Source: the human T2T-CHM13v2.0 reference genome, Homo sapiens. Taken from it: a stretch of DNA of 64,000 bases. Numbering within the stretch: the first letter of the stretch is position 1; every line of letters starts with the position of its first letter. This document shows positions 56,008-64,000 of this stretch, piece after piece. The DNA is taken from assembly GCF_009914755.1 (NCBI RefSeq), contig NC_060926.1; one strand, written 5' to 3'. The position numbers and the translations under genes were made by a program. The notes under the pieces are model-generated. The model did no database searches and was not told the DNA's origin. It worked only from the letters and a program-made list of their open reading frames with translations.

Positions 56008-57109
56008 ATATGTGGAAAGACATCTGAAATCAGAAAAGAAGACACAAATTTTTATTTTTACCCCAATATCTACATAAGTGAAAGATACTAAAAGATGCAG
56101 ACACTAAGATTCTTCTTCCAGTCACATTGCAGTCTATTTTGTCCCTCAGGTCACTTCCTCTGATCAGCAGTCTTATATTACTTGATGTCAACGTTCAATA
56201 CGGAAGGTGAGAAAAATTGTGTAATACATGCATGGTTATGCTTGGATTAACCATTTGGTTGCCTTAGCCATTCTTTCTTACTGGCCAAATACAATAACAT
56301 GTAATTAGTATGCTTTCATTATTTTGTATCTCAAGTGCTCTAAGTAAATTTTTTACACCAAATTCAAAGACATTTTGAAGGCCTGAGGTCTCATTTACGG
56401 AAATTAAAAAATTTCAGGTATTATAAAAAATAATTAAGAATTTCAAATAAGTATCTGATTATCTTTATTTAAAAAAGAAAATCAGAGCTATGTTTAATGT
56501 TTCAATGAAGGAAAAATGATGGCGGAATAACTTTAAGTCCTACAAAGTAATTATACATAATTAAAATAAAAGAAACAGTAGAAGGTGATTATGTTAAAAT
56601 CTTTACAGAAAAATAGTAATATTGAACACTTTTGTTTTTGCCATATATAAATTCTAATCATGACATACTTCTTTATGATGACTCTAGGGGTCAGCATTCA
56701 ACATTTCACTAGTACGTATTACTAGTGTAATAGTCAATACCACTAAGGGAACATAAGCACACGGGATGAAAGAAACATATAGACACTTTTTACTAAACGA
56801 ACCAAAATTATTAGAAAAGAAAGTTCAAAACATTAAAAATAGCATAGTAAGTGTACTCAGATAGTTTAAGGTAGATATAGTCATGAAGTAAGAAGAAGAA
56901 GTCATTAAAAATATTCAAGAATAACTAGAGAAATAAACAATGTAATGTGAAATGCATATTAAAGTAGATCAGAAAAGTACAAGATGAAAAAATCCAAATA
57001 ATAATTTACTGAATAAGAAAATAAAATTGATGTACTATAACAGAAGGCAGAAGAAGATAATCAGAAAATAGTAGACTTTTTTTTAAAGAGAAGCAACTTT
57101 TGTTGAGAA

Positions 57110-57980
57110 ATCCACTAATAGCCTTATGAGGATGTCTTAATATGTGACAAGTCATTTTTCTCTTGGAGTTTTCAGAATTTTTCATCTGCCTTTTTACAGT
57201 TTGATAATAACATGTCTCAGTGTAGACCAGTTGGGTTCATCTTACTTGTGATCTGTTGAACTTCCTAGATGTGAATATCTATTTCCTTCACCAGATGTGG
57301 GAAGTTTTCAGTTATTATTTTTTTGAATAAGTTTTTGGCCCTTTCTTTCGCTTATCTTGTTCTGGAACTCACATAATATGTGTGTATATTGGCCCATTGA
57401 TTGTGTCCCATAAACTCATCATCATGTTTTCTTCAATCCTTTTCATTCATTCTTTTTTTCTTTTTTTTTTTTTTTTTTGCTTCTCTGAGTAATTTCCAAT
57501 GATCTGTCTTCAAATTTGCTGACTTTTTTTTTAACCTAATCTAGTCTGCTGCTGAAATCTTCTAGTGAATGTTTCAATTCAGTTATTGCATTCTTCAGAT
57601 CCAAAATTCTGTTTGGTAAATTTTCATAGAATTTCTGTTAAAATCCTCAGTTTATTTATGCTGACCTTGGTATCCTGTTGACCTTGTTGAGCATCTTTAT
57701 GGAAGATATTTTAATTTATCTGCCATAAAGATGCTATTTTATTTATATATAATTTAGGTAAATTATATATCTCTTTATTAGTGTTAGTTTTTGGAGATGT
57801 ATCTGTTCCTTTGGGCCATAATTTACCTGTTTCTTCATTTCCCTTAAGTCTCTATATTGTTACATGCATATTAGTAAAAAAAACCACCTTTCCTGGTCTT
57901 CATGAACTAGTCTTTTACAGGAGAAAACCCCCACCAATCAGCCCAGACAGAAACTCCACAGGCCTCTCAAATCCTCTCTT
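57110..57980 (-). mobile_element. L1M ORF1-region relic
   Basis: Reverse ORF1-like sequence: gggaagttttcagttattatttttttgaata; tttcaattcagttattgcattcttcag. Confidence 0.7.
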
Positions 57981-58024
57981 GTGCATGTTTCTTCTCTGGA
58001 GTTGTGCATGTACATTGCCAATTG

Positions 58025-58145
58025 AAGGGATATCCAGTAACAGATGAATGAATAAAGAAAATGTGGTATACAAAGAAATATTATTCAGCCAGAAAGAAGA
58101 AGGAATCCCTGCCACACATGACAACCAGGATAAATCTTGGAATGT
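58025..58145 (+). mobile_element. L1MA/MB 3' fragment
   Basis: acagatgaatgaataaagaaaatgtggtatac...tattattcagcc. Confidence 0.65.
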
Positions 58146-58846
58146 ACCACCCAATGATGAAGGCAGGGGGCTACCATATTATTTTTGCTCAGTTTAACTT
58201 TAGCAACTTTGCTAACCTATCCTACTAACTCTAATTGTTAATTCTATTCATTTTTCTATAGAGTCACACTGTTTATAAATCCCAATGTTGATCAACTTTT
58301 CAATCTTTATACTTCAGTTTCTTTTTTTGTACATATATGAGGGAAATTCAAATATATTTAAAACCCAAATGTAAGAGGTAAAAGTATAGTTATGAAAAAA
58401 TAATTTTCAAAGAATATCTTGTTACCCACAGGTGGTGAGGAATTCTTTTAAAAAGTATACAGTATATAAAAGCACATTAATACCTTACTTTTGGGGCCAG
58501 AACTATGAAGGCTACAATCATAACTAAGGACCAATATACACAGTTTCAAATATAGGTTATTGTTATATTTTCCTGGGAAGATGAATTTGACAATAAAATT
58601 ATTGGTTGAAAGAGTTAGAATGAAAAGTTTTCTAATACCTGCAGTTTATGTTGTGAATTTGGAAAACGAGTTAGAGCAAAACAACAACTTTGGAGTAACA
58701 GGTAATAATGAGGTATAACTTCAGCCTGTCTAATATCTTTTTAGTTTAGAATGATAGTTAATTTTCTAGACCTGTTAACATAATTTAACCTACTCTGTGT
58801 ATGTGTGTGTTTGTGTGTGCGCACCTCATAGTCTTAACAATGAATA

Positions 58847-59489
<643 letters not shown>

Positions 59490-60374
59490 TATAGTCAAAT
59501 AGATATTATAGCAACTTACTGCATCAAAGGAAAAGGTTACTTCCTTAAATCCTATGCAGTATCCCCGAAAAATACTTTTTCTCATGACTCACTGAAGTGT
59601 GTTTTATTTTTGGAATGTCTTCTGAAAAGCTAAGGTCACATCAGCCAACAGCTTGCTGATGAGAATATTTCTGTAATTTGAAAAAGAAAGTTCGTAAGTC
59701 AAATTTTAGCTATAACTGTGGTTTTCTCAATTCAATGGTGTTTAGAATCAAAGAAGATTATTTCAAATATTTTGGATAAGATTTAGTTACAACTTTGAAT
59801 TTGAATAATGCAAACACAAATTTGTTATTCGTAATACTCATTCCTATACTTTATATTCACTTTGATTATATGCAATTAATCATATTCCTATTGTAACTGT
59901 TTAATAAACAGTATAAATAGTATCACATTGATAAAAAAGTCTTCCTTAATTTTTTTTTGCAAATTATGTTTAAATTGTAAAAAGAAACATTTATCACCAT
60001 GTCTGCTTACATTTTATAGTGAATGTTCTTTAGGGCAGAATTTTTCTTTTAAAATACATAATTATAACCAAAAATCTTTAATCATAGGGTAACTGCAAGC
60101 ATTCTGGAAGATACATTCAGAATATGTTCATACAACTTTCATGCAGTCTTTTTACCAAAGGTACTCTATATTATCTGAAGTTTAATTATCTTGTCTTACT
60201 CAATCTCTTCTCACTATACTAGAATAATAGAAGCACTGGGAAGTTATTCATGAACAAGACCATCAAAAGGGAGAAGGCAAGCTTTTGTTTTATTTTGTTT
60301 TGTTTCTTTAATCACTCCTATCTAGGTCTTGTCTGTTTTCTTCCACAAGTGATTTTGCCCAGAGGGACATTATG

Positions 60375-62000
60375 AAACTTTTTTGTTGTGGAAAATTTTG
60401 AATCTATTCACAATAAGAGAAAATAGAGTAAAAACACCCCATGTAGAAAACACTCAGCTTACATAATTATCAACTCATGGGTAACTTTCATTTTCACCCT
60501 TACCTACATCCCCCATGCTTCAGATTTTTCATAGCAAATTCCAGATACCGTATCATGTCATCTGCACATATTTCAGCATGTATTTCTAAAAGAATATTTT
60601 CTTTCAAAACAAATGCACAGTCACGATTTTATTATCATGCTTTTAAATATTAGCCAATCAATACAAAAATTTCTCTGATTTTTAAAAAATTGTTTAAATT
60701 GGGACACTAGTCCACTCATTGCATTTAGTAGAAACATACCTTATCTCTTTTGATCTATAGATTTTTACCTATAAATTTTCATCTATAATTTTGATCTATA
60801 CACTAAGCCTACCTCTATTTTTCTTTCTTTTTATATATTTTAAACAGTATTTTAAACTGGGTCATTTGTTCTGTAGGGTTTTCTGCAGTGTAAGTTTTGC
60901 TGATGGTTATCCTCAGATACCAAATAAGGTAAGTGTTTATTTCCCTTTACTTGCCAATTTTAAAAAGAATGAGTTGGTTTCCTTGAAGAGTAACAATGAA
61001 TTTTTACAAGTATTATTATAAACTCATATACATATTTCAAGGGTTTTAATCTTGGAGGTTATTATTATGACTATTATTATTTTTGAGATGGAGTCTTGCC
61101 CTGTCTCCCAGACTGAAGTGCAGTGGCGCCATCTCGGCTCACTGTAACCCCCGCCTCCCGGATTCAAGTGATTCTCCTCCCTCAGCCTCCTGAGAAGCTG
61201 GGATTACAGGTGCCTGCCACCACGCCCAGCTAATTTTTGTATTTTTAGTAAAGACAAGGTTTCACCGTGTTGGCCAGTCTGGTCTTGAACTCCTAACCTC
61301 AAGTGATCCGCCCACCTCGGCCTTGTCAAGTGCCAGGATAACAGCCGTGAGACATGGCACCCAGCCTATTATTCTTTTTTAATGGTCAAATTGCCCCATT
61401 TTTGGTGTGTGGAAGGCTTTTCAATTGGCTTCAGTATCTTTTGACATGTTCTTAATGGCTTTAATAGTTTCCTTACTTTCTGATACGACATTCTGGGCTC
61501 TATGTTCATTTGCCACCCTAGACCTGAGTGGTCAGCTATTTTCCCAAGGAACACTGATTCATTCTAATGGGAAGTGGTACATAAGAACTACAATGTAATT
61601 ATTGGGGAGGGGGCTTATCACTGCAGCTGAATCAGTTTTTACTTTTAGGACTTGTTTTTCAGTAGATAGGGTTGTTTTTCTTTAAAGATCAAAATATCAT
61701 GCATTCATACAGATACTTTTTATTCAAATTTAGCACTACAGAGTTTTTACTTAAACATACCTATCTATGTCTCTTTCTCCCATAATCTACTCCAAAAGTC
61801 CTGGTTTCCAAGGACAGCTTAATAGCTTTTATGCTCTCTACTATGTATACATACAAAATTCTTAGAATAACAAGAGTGATGTTACTGATAAAATATGCTT
61901 ATATAAAACAGTTTAAGATTTTTTATTAAGATTTTTTTGTCTCAGGGCACAACATAATAGAGATGTATAACAAAATTATTTCTGTTTTTAAATTCATGTT
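60375..62000 (-). mobile_element. L1MC4/5-like 3' UTR, split by an Alu
   Basis: Reverse terminal motif (cactcagcttacataattatcaactcatgg) and aaattgccccatttttgg...ttcaattggcttc. Confidence 0.7.
61071..61366 (-). mobile_element. AluS (Sx/Sz-like)
   Basis: Full reverse Alu from gagatggagtcttgcc to ggcacccagcc. Confidence 0.93.
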
Positions 62001-62069
62001 AATAAAATATAATTAACATGGAATAATATTGACCCATTTGTTACAGTTTTGACATAGGTTTAAACTCTA

Positions 62070-63987
<1,918 letters not shown>

Positions 63988-64000
63988 TGAATATACCCTA

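Overview
This is AT-rich primate genomic DNA, most likely human, since it contains an AluYa-type element. It looks intronic or intergenic. I find no supportable protein-coding exon, CpG island or functional RNA gene; the ORF track is explained by Alu, L1 and LTR sequence or by chance. Much of the window is interspersed repeat: Alu (J, S, Y and Ya types), L1 (PA, PB, MA, MC, ME), L2, MIR, MaLR LTRs and DNA transposon relics (MER20, MER58, MER63, MER103, Tigger4, MARNA). The most notable structure not explained by transposons is a near-identical inverted duplication of about 220 bp (52605-52824 and 54833-55061) enclosing about 2 kb, with template-switch-like junctions; it is a candidate substrate for a recurrent inversion. 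Next to it is a 42-bp tailless 5S rRNA retropseudogene with a 16-bp target-site duplication (TSD). Other points of interest are a young AluYa with a perfect TSD, several atypical retroinsertions and a tight C/EBP, AP-1 and FOX motif cluster. Repeat subfamilies were called by eye from recalled consensus sequences and the boundaries of old elements are approximate. I cannot support a new multi-gene biological system here.
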